Positions 38,651 through 48,586 of a DNA stretch of 64,000 bases are shown in pieces. Source of the DNA: Candidatus Latescibacterota bacterium (GTDB taxonomy: Bacteria > Latescibacterota > UBA2968 > GCA-2709665); contig OZ244744.1 in the NCBI GenBank assembly GCA_965219455.1, positions 608,001 through 672,000 of the forward strand, read 5' to 3'. The translations under genes were made by a program, and so were the position numbers. The notes under the pieces were generated by a model. It did not search any database. It was not told the DNA's origin and worked only from the letters and a program-made list of their open reading frames with translations. Positions within the stretch are counted from its first letter, which is position 1; each line of letters opens with the position of its first letter.

Positions 38651-39433
38651 TTATCTTTTTTCCGCGATTTCGGCGAGCGTATCGCCGGTTATTCTGACGG
38701 TGTGGGTATCGACCCGCTCGACGTCGCGGCGGGAGGCCTTTGACGCGGCGCTGGATGCGGCCTGATACTCCGTGACAAAGGTATAGGGACCCGGAACGCT
38801 GTACGGGACGAACTCCCCGATGCGGTCCATCGTACGCTTTGCGCATTCTCGGATGAGGTCCCGGGCCTTTGCGGGAGAGAGCGTGAGCGCCGCGGTACGG
38901 CTGAGCCCCTCCTTGACGACGACGCCTTCGATATTCCCCACGTACTCTCTTGCTTCGTCTATCGCTGCCCGGTCTCCGCTGATAAACGCCGTGGGCACGC
39001 CGGCCTCCCCGGCTCGGGCGATGTTGAACCCGATTTCACCGATGAGCTCTCCGTTCAGCCAGCAGTTGGCAATATCGCGGGAACTCCAGCTGTGGCAAAG
39101 CACGCCCCTGGGCGTGTTTTCCATGGCATGGTGTCCATACAGAAACATGGCTTTGAAGTCGATGCCGAGGTCCCAGGCGGAGACCAGCGGACGGCCGAAC
39201 ATCACCCTGGCTTCGTAGTGGATCAATTCGATGTTGATACCGCCGCTGCCGTGTCCGTCCAGGACGATCACCTGGTCCGCCCCGCCCTCCAGGGCGCCGT
39301 CGACAAGCGCGTTAATTTCGAGAGTGGACAGGTTCTTCGCCTGGTCGTTGTAGCGCGTGTTGTCGTAGGTCTGCGTGTGGAAGTCCACAACGCCAGCGGC
39401 GCCTTCGAGGTCGCACAGGACCATAATATCCAT
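38651..39433 (-). CDS. M55-family D-aminopeptidase (DppA-like)
   Basis: DLEGAAGV, DGHG, GHHA, LCHS, GEIG and SGD. Confidence 0.88.
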   Translation of the reverse strand: MDIMVLCDLEGAAGVVDFHTQTYDNTRYNDQAKNLSTLEINALVDGALEGGADQVIVLDGHGSGGINIELIHYEARVMFGRPLVSAWDLGIDFKAMFLYGHHAMENTPRGVLCHSWSSRDIANCWLNGELIGEIGFNIARAGEAGVPTAFISGDRAAIDEAREYVGNIEGVVVKEGLSRTAALTLSPAKARDLIRECAKRTMDRIGEFVPYSVPGPYTFVTEYQAASSAASKASRRDVERVDTHTVRITGDTLAEIAEKR

Positions 39434-39450
39434 GGGGTTCCTCTCCGGGG

Positions 39451-40599
39451 TCAATCGTCGAAAGCCGACGGTGCGTACAGCCGGCCGCCGGCGATGGTGG
39501 AAACCGGTTGGAGTTTCTGTTCGGCGGAACGGGTCCGATCCCGTGCATCGGTGAAAACGAAGCTGCCCGAATTGAGTTCGAGGATGGCAAGGTCGGCCCT
39601 TGCGCCGGGGCACAAGGTGCCGATTTCGCCAAGCATGCCCATGGCGCGCGCCGGAGCCGCGGTTACTTTCTCGAGGGCCTGATCCAACGAGAGGCCCAAT
39701 ACGAGAAATTTGGAGACGGTGGTGACGAGGTCGTATACGGGCCCGTTCAGATTGTAGACGTGGAGGTCGCTGGAAATGGCGCCTGGGAGAAAGTCCTGGG
39801 ACATCGCCGCCTCGGCAACGTCGAACGCAAAGCTGCCCTGGCCGTGGCCCACGTCGAACAGGATCCCGTTTTGCGCGGCTCTGCGGGCGGCAGGACGGAC
39901 CGCGCCTGAATCGTCCAGAATGCCGGTGTCGCTCTTGTGAAAGCAGTGGGTGACGATATCTCCCGGGCGCAGTTCGTCCATCATGTCTTCGAAAGAGACA
40001 GGGCTGGCATTGGGATGGATCATCAGCGGGAGACCGGTGGCGTCGCAGACCTGGCGTGCCCGTTTCAGGCCTTCTTTACCGTTCTCGCCGACCAGGCTCC
40101 TCGTCATTCGGATCTTGACGCCGACAATGTCGTCTTTGTGTTCTTCACACATCCGTACGGCGCGGCTCACGTCGGCGAACCGGAGATCGGTGAGTTCGCC
40201 GATACCGGGCGACAACAAGCCCTGGGACGAGACGTGCAGGAAGGCCTTGACGCGGGTGGCGCTGGCGTCGATCACGTACTTCTTGAATCCGGGAAACGTG
40301 TCGGCCCCAGAGGAACCGGTGTCATAGACGGTGGTCACGCCCCTGGCCAGGCACGTGGGGTCCGGTTCCACGCCGTAGTGCGACACCCCCCACCAGACGT
40401 GGACGTGCAGATCGATCAGACCGGGCGTCACCAGGTAGCCCGCGGCGTCGATCACGGTCTGCGCCGTCTCCTCGTAGATCTCATCGTCTACTGCGGCAAC
40501 GCGCCCTCCCGCCAAGGCCACGTCCCGGACCGCGTGCAGATCCTGCGCCGGGTCGATCACGGTACCGCCTTTAATGAGCATATCGTACGGTGCGGGCAC
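39451..40599 (-). CDS. Amidohydrolase/deacetylase (dihydroorotase-like, Atu3266/EF_0837 type)
   Basis: PGLIDLHVH, GVKIR, LMIH, THCF, DVGHGQGSF and ISSDLH. Confidence 0.88.
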   Translation of the reverse strand: MPAPYDMLIKGGTVIDPAQDLHAVRDVALAGGRVAAVDDEIYEETAQTVIDAAGYLVTPGLIDLHVHVWWGVSHYGVEPDPTCLARGVTTVYDTGSSGADTFPGFKKYVIDASATRVKAFLHVSSQGLLSPGIGELTDLRFADVSRAVRMCEEHKDDIVGVKIRMTRSLVGENGKEGLKRARQVCDATGLPLMIHPNASPVSFEDMMDELRPGDIVTHCFHKSDTGILDDSGAVRPAARRAAQNGILFDVGHGQGSFAFDVAEAAMSQDFLPGAISSDLHVYNLNGPVYDLVTTVSKFLVLGLSLDQALEKVTAAPARAMGMLGEIGTLCPGARADLAILELNSGSFVFTDARDRTRSAEQKLQPVSTIAGGRLYAPSAFDD

Positions 40600-40740
40600 G
40601 CGGGTTCCTCGACGATGGGCATGGGAAGAGGTCCGGGTTCGGACGGTTGGGGCCGGAAAATAACGAAAAAGCGGAACCACGGCAAATGGAAAGGGGCAAC
40701 CCGACGGGCGCCCCTTGGAGGTGCGATACCGTTTCCGAAT

Positions 40741-41751
40741 CTATGCCATGTGCGGGTTGCTGTCCGCCCACTCGGAGACGGGCGGCAGGATGCCCTCGCC
40801 GATGATCTCGTCCCGCAATCCGGCGAGATGCGCGTAGGAGTCTCTCAACGCCTGCAGGTCTTCCGCCTTGCCCTCCGGCATGCTGCTGGTTACGCCGTCG
40901 GGCGAAAGGGTGGCGGGCATGGCCATCATGATGTTTCTGAACTCGCCGTTGTTTACGTAGGCGCCACAGGGCCAGTCGTAGGGTTCGCCGAACAGTCCGC
41001 GCAACATGAAGACGCTCTGCTGTGCGGGAGACTGGAAGGAGGATCGCCCGCGCAACTGGATGATCCGGGCGCCGCCGCCGGTCACGTGGGACTGGATGCC
41101 GCTCCACGCTTCAGAGGTAAGGCCGATGCCGGCTACGGTTTCGCCCGCCAGGATATCCGCGAGTGGAATGCCGTCGACCGCGGTTCCACCCTTGAATACG
41201 GCCATCGACTCGCCATGACCGCCGTAGGTCTTGCAGCCCGTGACGCGGCCTTGCTGAATCCCGAAATGCTGGGCCAACGCCGTCTGAAGCCGGGTGCTGT
41301 CCAGGGCGGCCAGCGTGGAGACCCGGCCGGCGGGAAGTCCCGAGTGCACCAGGGTGGTGAGACCGGTGATATCCGCGGGGTTGAAGATGATGATAACGAA
41401 TTTGCAGTTCGGACAAGCCTGTTTGATGTCGAGACCGAGTTGTTTCGCAATCAGGCCGTTGTCGCGGGTGAGGTCTTCGCGCGTCATCCCTTCTTTTCTG
41501 GGCGCGCCGCCCGAACTGATCACATAGGCGGCGCCGGAAAGGGCTTCGGCGACGTCCGTCGTCCAGGTGACGTTCGCGCCCGGAAATCCACAGTGGTATA
41601 TTTCCTCGGCGGCCCCTTTCAGGCCCGGTTCGAACGGATCGTACATGGACACCCTGCCAGCGGTTCCCGAGGCCAGCAGGGTCTGTGCGAGATTTGAGCC
41701 GATGGCGCCCGCCGCGCCAAGTACCGCTACTTTTTCGTCCGTCAGATACAT
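40741..41751 (-). CDS. mdh: Malate dehydrogenase
   Basis: GAAGAIG, PRKEGMTREDL, NPAD, LDSTR, GGHGE and RGRSSFQSP. Confidence 0.92.
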   Translation of the reverse strand: MYLTDEKVAVLGAAGAIGSNLAQTLLASGTAGRVSMYDPFEPGLKGAAEEIYHCGFPGANVTWTTDVAEALSGAAYVISSGGAPRKEGMTREDLTRDNGLIAKQLGLDIKQACPNCKFVIIIFNPADITGLTTLVHSGLPAGRVSTLAALDSTRLQTALAQHFGIQQGRVTGCKTYGGHGESMAVFKGGTAVDGIPLADILAGETVAGIGLTSEAWSGIQSHVTGGGARIIQLRGRSSFQSPAQQSVFMLRGLFGEPYDWPCGAYVNNGEFRNIMMAMPATLSPDGVTSSMPEGKAEDLQALRDSYAHLAGLRDEIIGEGILPPVSEWADSNPHMA

Positions 41752-41782
41752 CGGTTGTTGTCTCCCGGCGGCCGGCCCCTGC

Positions 41783-43021
41783 TCACTCGCCGGCCTGGTC
41801 TTGGAGGCTTACGCTCATATTGTACGCCTCTTCCGCTTTCTTTGCGCTCGTCGAGGCAGCATCGTCCATACCGCCCTCCGACTGCACATTAGAAAGCAGG
41901 GCCCACGATCGCGACAACGCCTGCCAGCCCTGCACGCTGGTGGCTTTCAGGCTGACGACCATATTGAGGGCTTCTATGGAATCCTTGTACTTGCCCTGCT
42001 TTTCGTAAATTCGACCCAGCCTGTACCATGCGTCGGAATCCTGAGGATTCGCCTGGACACTTTTGAGGAACAGGTCGACGGCTTCGTCGACCTTACCCAG
42101 GTTTCTGTAACATTCCGCGAGATTGAACAGCGTATCTATATCTTCGGGCCTTTGCGCGACGACCCTTTCCAGGAGTTCGGCCGCCTTTTCGTAATTTTCT
42201 CCCATCAGGGACATCTGCCCGGCCATTATCAACACGTCGAGATTTTCGGGGTCGACGGCCAGGGCTTTGTGAGCGGTTTCGAGAGCGGCCGCCGTGTCGC
42301 CCATATACTGCTGGGCGCGGGCGAGGTCGTTCATATAACCCGCATTGTCGGGCGCCAGATCGTGGGCTTTGGTGAAGCACTGTCTCGCGTCTTCGTAATT
42401 CTTGAGATTCATATATGCCCGGCCCAGATTGACAAACGAGGATGCATCGGTGCTGTCGAGCTCGATCGCTTTCAGATAGGCGTCGATTCCGGCCTGGGCC
42501 TGCCCCATATTCAGGTAGGTCACCCCCAGCGCCTGGTAAGACATAGCCTTCTCCGGCGCCAGTGCAATCGATTTCTGAAGGGATTCGATGGCCGCGCCGT
42601 AGTCTTCGGCGCCGATCGCCCGAACGGCGTTATTGTAGTTCCGGCTCCACCACATGTCCAGGAACGGCTGGATTTTCTTCCCGTACTTTTTCTTCCCTTT
42701 CTTGGTGGCAAGCACCCATTCGAACTCTTTTCTCATTTCGTCCTGCAGGTTCTTCTCGGAATATATCTCGCCCAGCATGTAGTGCGCCTGCGAGTCGTTG
42801 GGGTCGCCCTCGACGACGATCAGCAATTGGGCGAGGGCCTTGTCGAACAGGCGCTGGCTGATGTAAAGTTTGGCGGACCGCTTGGCTATTTTGGCGTCGC
42901 CCTTTGTGATCTTTCTCTTCGCGGCACACGCCTCGTCGGGTGCGGTACCGAGAATGGCCAATACTAGGAGCGCGAGCACAGGAATGCCCGGCCGGCGAAG
43001 GAATCGCATGATGACGTTCAA
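41783..43021 (-). CDS. Secreted tetratricopeptide repeat protein
   Basis: Signal peptide followed by about 9 TPR units (LG..Y...G...A...A...P). Confidence 0.85.
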   Translation of the reverse strand: MNVIMRFLRRPGIPVLALLVLAILGTAPDEACAAKRKITKGDAKIAKRSAKLYISQRLFDKALAQLLIVVEGDPNDSQAHYMLGEIYSEKNLQDEMRKEFEWVLATKKGKKKYGKKIQPFLDMWWSRNYNNAVRAIGAEDYGAAIESLQKSIALAPEKAMSYQALGVTYLNMGQAQAGIDAYLKAIELDSTDASSFVNLGRAYMNLKNYEDARQCFTKAHDLAPDNAGYMNDLARAQQYMGDTAAALETAHKALAVDPENLDVLIMAGQMSLMGENYEKAAELLERVVAQRPEDIDTLFNLAECYRNLGKVDEAVDLFLKSVQANPQDSDAWYRLGRIYEKQGKYKDSIEALNMVVSLKATSVQGWQALSRSWALLSNVQSEGGMDDAASTSAKKAEEAYNMSVSLQDQAGE

Positions 43022-43289
43022 AGCCTTACCCCTTTCTTTTTGGCGACGTGCCGTCGTTCAGCCAACGTCAGCACAAACCTTGATGGAACCTGGGTCAGAA
43101 ACGTCTTGCGGGTTGAGCCGATCAGCGATTGTATCGCTCTTTTTTGTAAGAGTTGCGAATCGGTGCAATATAGGCGGCGACCATACTTCTGTCAAGATCA
43201 AACGCGGAAAACTCCGGTGGCGGGCATTCCACGGACGAAGACCCCGGTATCGCGCCGGTAGGCTTGCGAATTGGCGGCGCACTCACGAT

Positions 43290-43481
43290 CTATGTGTCCC
43301 GGTCTGAAATCAGCACGCCGCCTACCGCCCAGTGGTCGCGGGTCACTTCCTCGATGACCACCATGGTGCCTTCCGGTTTAGCGCCGCAGATGTTCTGCAG
43401 GGCGTCGGTAATGGCCTTGACCAGTTCGCGTTTCTGATCCTTCGTGCGGCCGTCGAGCATTTTGACGTTGACAAAGGGCAT
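43290..43481 (-). CDS. 4-oxalocrotonate tautomerase family protein
   Basis: Catalytic Pro1 (MPFVNVKM), GRTKDQKREL and WAVGG; 63 aa. Confidence 0.92.
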   Translation of the reverse strand: MPFVNVKMLDGRTKDQKRELVKAITDALQNICGAKPEGTMVVIEEVTRDHWAVGGVLISDRDT

Positions 43482-43680
43482 GCCGGCATCCTTTCCGGAA
43501 ACGAAAAACCATGGAATGCAGGGTCGGACCTTGGCGGCCGAAAACAACAGATAAAGTAAGGAATAGCGGCCAGAAATCAAGTTGGAATCGAACGCGCGAC
43601 GCCGGCGGCGGCCACGCTGTGGCCGATAAACCCGGCCCGGTTGTCCGGCCCGGCGAGCGCCCGCGGAAAGAGCGGTCTCA

Positions 43681-43738
43681 AGTGTCCCATCCCGGAAATA
43701 TGTCACCATTCGGCAAGCTATTTCCGGGACAGAACACT
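43681..43738. mobile_element. MITE family A (58 bp)
   Basis: 20-bp TIRs (17/20); further copies at 47590 and 111. Confidence 0.75.
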
Positions 43739-43739
43739 A

Positions 43740-43901
43740 ACAGTCCGTTGATAAAGTCGCTCTGCAGGCGAGGCCGAGTCATTGTGGCCGAAGACAAGGC
43801 GCGCAACCGAGTCGAATCGAGCGATTCGGCGAGGGAGCGCAACGCAGTATTTCGACCGCAAGGGCCGGCCGTAGCCCGGATGGACTTTTTCAACGGGCTG
43901 T
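43740..43901. mobile_element. MITE family B (162 bp)
   Basis: TIRs acagtccgttgataaagtc and gactttttcaacgggctgt (17/19), with TA on both flanks. Confidence 0.78.
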
Positions 43902-44944
43902 TAAGCCAGCGTTTCGTCGATTACGATGACGGTCTTTACGGAGTCTCCGGCTTCGGCCACGGTCTGAAATCCGACGGCGGTCTCTTCCAGGGGAAAACGG
44001 TGAGTGACGAGTTTTTTCGCGGTCACCACCCCGCGGCCAACGAGGCCCAGGGCTTCCACGGTGTCCGGGGGACCGCACGAATAGCTGGTGATAAGGGTGA
44101 TGTCTCTGGAATACAGATCGTAAGGTTCGATCGCCAGCGTCCGGCCGGGTTCGGAAGGGGTGAATAGAAGCACGGTACCGCCCACGCCCACCGAGGAGAA
44201 TCCCGCCTTCATCGCCGTCAGCGTGCCCGGACCGACCACAACCAGGTCGGCCATGTCCCCATCGGTGGCGGCGGCGACGGATTCGGTCAGATCGTCTCGA
44301 GTGACGTCGATGCCGACGTCGGCCCCGAGTTCAAGGGCTTTTCCCAGCCGGTAGGGCACCATGTCCGCCGCAATCACGGTGGACGCGCCGTAGTGCCTGG
44401 CGACCAGGGCAAGAAGCTGCCCCATTATGCCCATGCCGATGATCAGGACGCGGTCTCCCCGTTGCATTCGGGCGCGGCGTTGCAACGCCTGTACCGCGCA
44501 AGCGGTCGGTTCGACGAGAGCGCCGTCTTCGAGGGAAAGCGGGGCCGGAAGTTTCAGGGTATCGGTACTGAGGTTGATGCCGGGCACGCGGACGAATTCG
44601 GCGAGGCCCCCGGGGTCCAGCGCGGAGGCCTTCCAGGTAGGACACATTGAAAAATGCCCCCGGAGGCACAAACGGCAGTTCATGCAGGGGGCATGATGGT
44701 GAACAAAGACGCGCTCACCCGGTGAGAAACCGGTGGCTTCGGAGCCAATGTCGACTATAATCCCGGCGGGTTCGTGCCCGAGAACGATGGGCGCCTTGCG
44801 CCGAACGTACCACGGCAGGGTATCGCTGGTGCAAATGCCGCAAACCGCCATTTTGACCAGGGCGTCTTCAGGTCCGATTTCAGGGATCGGTTCTTTTTCG
44901 ATGCGGATGTCGCCGTAGTCGTACAGACGGGCTACACGCATCAT
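43901..44944 (-). CDS. Zinc-binding dehydrogenase (MDR family)
   Basis: CGICTSD, GHEPAG, CMNCRLC...C and GMGIMG. Confidence 0.9.
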   Translation of the reverse strand: MMRVARLYDYGDIRIEKEPIPEIGPEDALVKMAVCGICTSDTLPWYVRRKAPIVLGHEPAGIIVDIGSEATGFSPGERVFVHHHAPCMNCRLCLRGHFSMCPTWKASALDPGGLAEFVRVPGINLSTDTLKLPAPLSLEDGALVEPTACAVQALQRRARMQRGDRVLIIGMGIMGQLLALVARHYGASTVIAADMVPYRLGKALELGADVGIDVTRDDLTESVAAATDGDMADLVVVGPGTLTAMKAGFSSVGVGGTVLLFTPSEPGRTLAIEPYDLYSRDITLITSYSCGPPDTVEALGLVGRGVVTAKKLVTHRFPLEETAVGFQTVAEAGDSVKTVIVIDETLA

Positions 44945-45999
44945 CCGGCTTTTTCCGGGCTGGGCTCGGAGGGCGGCACGACGGCGAATTTGACGTCGTT
45001 GCCCTTCTTCAGAAGAAGCTCGAAGACGTGTTTCAGGTCGGACAGGGAATAGGTGCCCGAAATCAGGCCGTTGAGGTGAATCTTTCTGTCGACCAGCATG
45101 CTGTAGGCCTTTTTCACAGCGCTTCGGCTGTAGTGGAACACGCCTTTGAGGGTAATCTGATCGTAGTGCAACCTTGCGGTGTCGAAGGTGGCGACGGTTC
45201 CCTTCGGAAGGCCGCCGAACAGGACGATCGTCCCACCCTTGGCGACCAGATCGGGCGTGCTTTCCCAGACGGCGAGTTGGCCGGTGCACTCAATCACCAG
45301 ATCCGCGCCGATGCCGGCGGTCAGTTCCTTGACACGGTCAATCGCGTTTTCCGCATCCACGTCGATAATCTCGTCCGCGCCGAGCGTAGTTGCGAGTCTG
45401 AGCCGGTATTCGCGTTTGCCGGCGACAATGACGCGCTTTGCGCCGAAAGCGCGCACGACAGCCGTATGCATCAATCCGATGGCGCCCGCGCCAATGATGA
45501 GCACCGTGGCATCCGGCCCCATAAGCACCTGGTCCATGCCGTAGACCACGCACGCGAGCGGCTCCAGCATCGCGGCCTCTTCGTAGGAGAGATCCGCGGG
45601 CTTTTTGAACATGTTGTTCCGAACGACGTGAGCCGGCACCCGGACGTATTCCGCGAAGGCGCCGAAAACCATCTCGTCGATGGCGTACCGGCAGAGGTTC
45701 TCCTGCGACTTCATGCAGTACACGCATTCGCCGCAAGGCGCGGTGGGCGCTGTCATCACCTGGTCGCCCGCCTTGAATTTGGTAACTCCCTCGCCGACTT
45801 CGAAGATATCGCCGGAGAACTCATGCCCCAGCGGCGTTGGCGTGGGAATTTTCGGGTGGCCGCGACGGAACGTCTTCAATTCGGTACCGCACGTCAGTGC
45901 CGAACGCACCCGGACGACCACTTCCCCGGGACCCGCGCCGGGGATGTCGACGTCCCGCAATTCAAGGCGACCTGGTTCAAGAAGAAGCGACGAAAGCAT
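44941..45999 (-). CDS. Zinc-binding dehydrogenase (MDR family)
   Basis: TCGTE, GHEFSG, CGECVYC...C and GAGAIG. Confidence 0.9.
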   Translation of the reverse strand: MLSSLLLEPGRLELRDVDIPGAGPGEVVVRVRSALTCGTELKTFRRGHPKIPTPTPLGHEFSGDIFEVGEGVTKFKAGDQVMTAPTAPCGECVYCMKSQENLCRYAIDEMVFGAFAEYVRVPAHVVRNNMFKKPADLSYEEAAMLEPLACVVYGMDQVLMGPDATVLIIGAGAIGLMHTAVVRAFGAKRVIVAGKREYRLRLATTLGADEIIDVDAENAIDRVKELTAGIGADLVIECTGQLAVWESTPDLVAKGGTIVLFGGLPKGTVATFDTARLHYDQITLKGVFHYSRSAVKKAYSMLVDRKIHLNGLISGTYSLSDLKHVFELLLKKGNDVKFAVVPPSEPSPEKAG

Positions 46000-46234
46000 G
46001 GTTCTCGCTCCTTTCCAATAGGTGACGCACCATTTACATTGATATTCTATAATAGAAACTTAAGGGAATTCCAGGCGGTATGCAAGGGTTTCATTTGGAA
46101 AATCGCCAGATATGCTGCCTGGATTCAACGCACGGGAACACAGGAACCAAACGCGTCGGGATGGAGTCGCAAGGATCGGCGTTCGGATACTGGCAACCGT
46201 CCGACGTCGGCCGTCGCGTCCCTTGACCGCAGAT

Positions 46235-47566
46235 TCAGAAGATGGTTATTTCGGGAACGGCTGTGCGGCCGAACGCCGCCTTGCCGCCGTAGGCCCTGAT
46301 CTCGAACGCCGACAGAAAGGTCACAGGAACCGCACCAAGTACCGCGTTGTTTTCCAGGTCCAGGATCGTGAGTCCAAGCACGCCCGTAAATGGATCGACG
46401 ACGGCGACGTATGCGGTCTTGTCGTCCCGCGAGACCCCGAAATTCACGGCTTCCCCTTCGACCCGGATTTCGCTCGTTTTTTTAAGAGTGGCTGAATCTA
46501 CGGTCCAAAAATAGCCCTCTATCACTACGCCGAACCGTTCCGTAGGCGCCAGAAACAACCGCCTAACGGTTGCATAGAGCTTCCGTCCGTCCCTGGAGGC
46601 TTTAAGGTCGTACACGATCGTCGTTGAATCCGGGGCAACCTCCAGCAAGTCGACAACCTCTTTAGTCACCGGGTCAATCGATACGATCTGAACCGACGGA
46701 TCTTCGCCCCCCTGGGTTGTGGAGGTATAGATCCTGTCGCCCTCCGGAGACGCGACGCACCGCCCGTTGCCCCGTCCGTCCAGCCGGATACTGTCCGCTA
46801 GCGCCTGTCCTGGACCGTCGATAACGGAGATCCACGGTCTGGACCGATGTCCTACGTAGATTGCGTCGCCGTCGGGAGAAATGGCGATGCCGCTGGGCTG
46901 CAATGAGAGGGGTATAAGTGCGACGGATTCGGCGTTTTTGATATCGATGACTTCGACCTGTCTGGCTATGTCTTCGGTAACGTAGGCAAGCCGATGGTCC
47001 GGCGAAAGCGCCATGCGGGAGCCGCCTCGCGAGTTCCCGCGGGAGCCCGGCGATTCAGGCGGGTCCCGGAGCGGCAACCGGTAATCGATCTCGCTGGACT
47101 CTGTGAGCGCGTAGAAAGAATCCTGGCCGGCAACGTAGATTCGCCGGTTAAGATATGAGTAAATAACGCCGCGAGGCTGGCTTAGGACGGCCGAGAGGGC
47201 AGGATCGTAAAAATTCGTTTCCGCATCCACCACGTAGACCCTATCTGCTCGAAAGTCCGCGATATAGATGCGCGGCGGGTCAAATGGTTCACGGTCCCCG
47301 TCATCTGCCGGTGGTCCTGAGCCGCCGAATTGCCGGGCGAAAAGGACGAAGTCCTGAAAGTCGACTTCACCGTTGTTGTTGAGGTCCAGCCTGGCGTCGA
47401 AGTCCGCGTCCTGATCCGTCTTCCCGAATCCCCGGGCGAAGGCGATGAAATCCGCGAAGTTGACTTCGCCGTCTCCATTGAAGTCGACCGGCGAGGATTC
47501 CTGTGCGGTGGCGCTACTGCTCAAGAGGAGACAGACACCAAATACGACGAACGCGGCCTTAATCAT
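46235..47566 (-). CDS. Secreted protein with EF-hand/dockerin-like repeats and a YVTN/YncE-type beta-propeller
   Basis: DFNGDGEVNFADF, DLNNNGEVDFQDF; LSPDHRLAYVT and ISPDGDAIYV. Confidence 0.8.
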   Translation of the reverse strand: MIKAAFVVFGVCLLLSSSATAQESSPVDFNGDGEVNFADFIAFARGFGKTDQDADFDARLDLNNNGEVDFQDFVLFARQFGGSGPPADDGDREPFDPPRIYIADFRADRVYVVDAETNFYDPALSAVLSQPRGVIYSYLNRRIYVAGQDSFYALTESSEIDYRLPLRDPPESPGSRGNSRGGSRMALSPDHRLAYVTEDIARQVEVIDIKNAESVALIPLSLQPSGIAISPDGDAIYVGHRSRPWISVIDGPGQALADSIRLDGRGNGRCVASPEGDRIYTSTTQGGEDPSVQIVSIDPVTKEVVDLLEVAPDSTTIVYDLKASRDGRKLYATVRRLFLAPTERFGVVIEGYFWTVDSATLKKTSEIRVEGEAVNFGVSRDDKTAYVAVVDPFTGVLGLTILDLENNAVLGAVPVTFLSAFEIRAYGGKAAFGRTAVPEITIF

Positions 47567-47589
47567 TAAGTTTTCCTCCGCGGAGGGAA

Positions 47590-47662
47590 AGTATCCCGTC
47601 CAAGAAATATGTCACCGTTCGGCAATCTATTTCCGGGTCGGAACACTAAGTCGGAACACTAA
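47590..47662. mobile_element. MITE family A copy with a duplicated right end
   Basis: 50/58 identical to 43681-43738; tandem gtcggaacactaa x2 at 47637-47662. Confidence 0.75.
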
Positions 47663-48456
47663 GCAGGATAGAGCTCGGAACGGTACCGCCGGGTGTAGAA
47701 CCGGGTGGCTTTTTCGATGTCCAGGTCTGCGATGAGAAGGTCTTCCTTGCCATAGGGCATGAACGAGATGAGATTGCCCTGGGGGTCGATGAGGCTGGTG
47801 GCGGAGTTCTGTCCCTTCATGGCCTGGTTGACGCTGGCGAAGTAGATGTTGTTCTCCCCCGCGCGGCACTGCATGGCCTTCTCGTAGAAGGAATCGCCCC
47901 ACTCCCTGCGCTTTTGTCCACCTTCGTCGCTGCCCGTGACCTGGGGCTGAAACACGATCCGCGCGCCACGAACCGTGGGCCACCTCACGGTTTCCGGATA
48001 TCGCCAGCCTTCGTGGCAGATGGTGATTCCAAACCTGACGCCCTTTACGGTGAACACCCGTCGCTGCCCGTCGGGCACGTAGTTCTCCGACTCACCGCCC
48101 GGTGTGATCTGGTTTTTGGTCTGGTAGCCGAGCACCCGGCCGGCCGGTGAGATAACAAAAGCCCGGTTTTCCAGACCGAGTTCGGATTGCCACTCCATTC
48201 CGGCGATGATGGCCACGCCCGTTGTGCGGCAGGCCGCTCGAAGGTCCTGCAGGGCCTGCTCCATGGCGGGTTGGTCCGGGTCGGGCAGATCGAAAGAAGC
48301 GCCCCTGAGACCCGGAAGATAGGCCTCCGGCGTACAGACGATATCGACCTCTTGTTTCTGACATTCGCGCAGAACGGCGATCAGTCTCTCGACGCCTTCG
48401 GGTACCGAGGGCCGCTGCTTGAGCGCGGCCAGGCAGATGCGAAGCGTTTTCGCCAT
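47659..48456 (-). CDS. Carbon-nitrogen hydrolase family protein
   Basis: Catalytic triad motifs TPEAY, TKNQ and ICHEGWRYPE. Confidence 0.9.
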   Translation of the reverse strand: MAKTLRICLAALKQRPSVPEGVERLIAVLRECQKQEVDIVCTPEAYLPGLRGASFDLPDPDQPAMEQALQDLRAACRTTGVAIIAGMEWQSELGLENRAFVISPAGRVLGYQTKNQITPGGESENYVPDGQRRVFTVKGVRFGITICHEGWRYPETVRWPTVRGARIVFQPQVTGSDEGGQKRREWGDSFYEKAMQCRAGENNIYFASVNQAMKGQNSATSLIDPQGNLISFMPYGKEDLLIADLDIEKATRFYTRRYRSELYPA

Positions 48457-48586
48457 CGGGCGAGACCTCGCCTTTTGTGGGATCGTTCGGAAAATCGGGG
48501 ATCGAAGCTTAATCAAAACGTACAGACCCGTTGCGCCAGAAAGATCTATAGATTCAGGGGAATTGTCAACCCAATAGGCGGGAGCT

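Noticed and set aside
39937-41697. 586-aa + strand ORF and similar long antisense ORFs (20044-21345, 41567-42967, 45028-46299, 49304-50656, 25164-26429)
   Set aside because: They mirror well-supported genes on the opposite strand and lack motifs, as expected for high-GC shadow ORFs.
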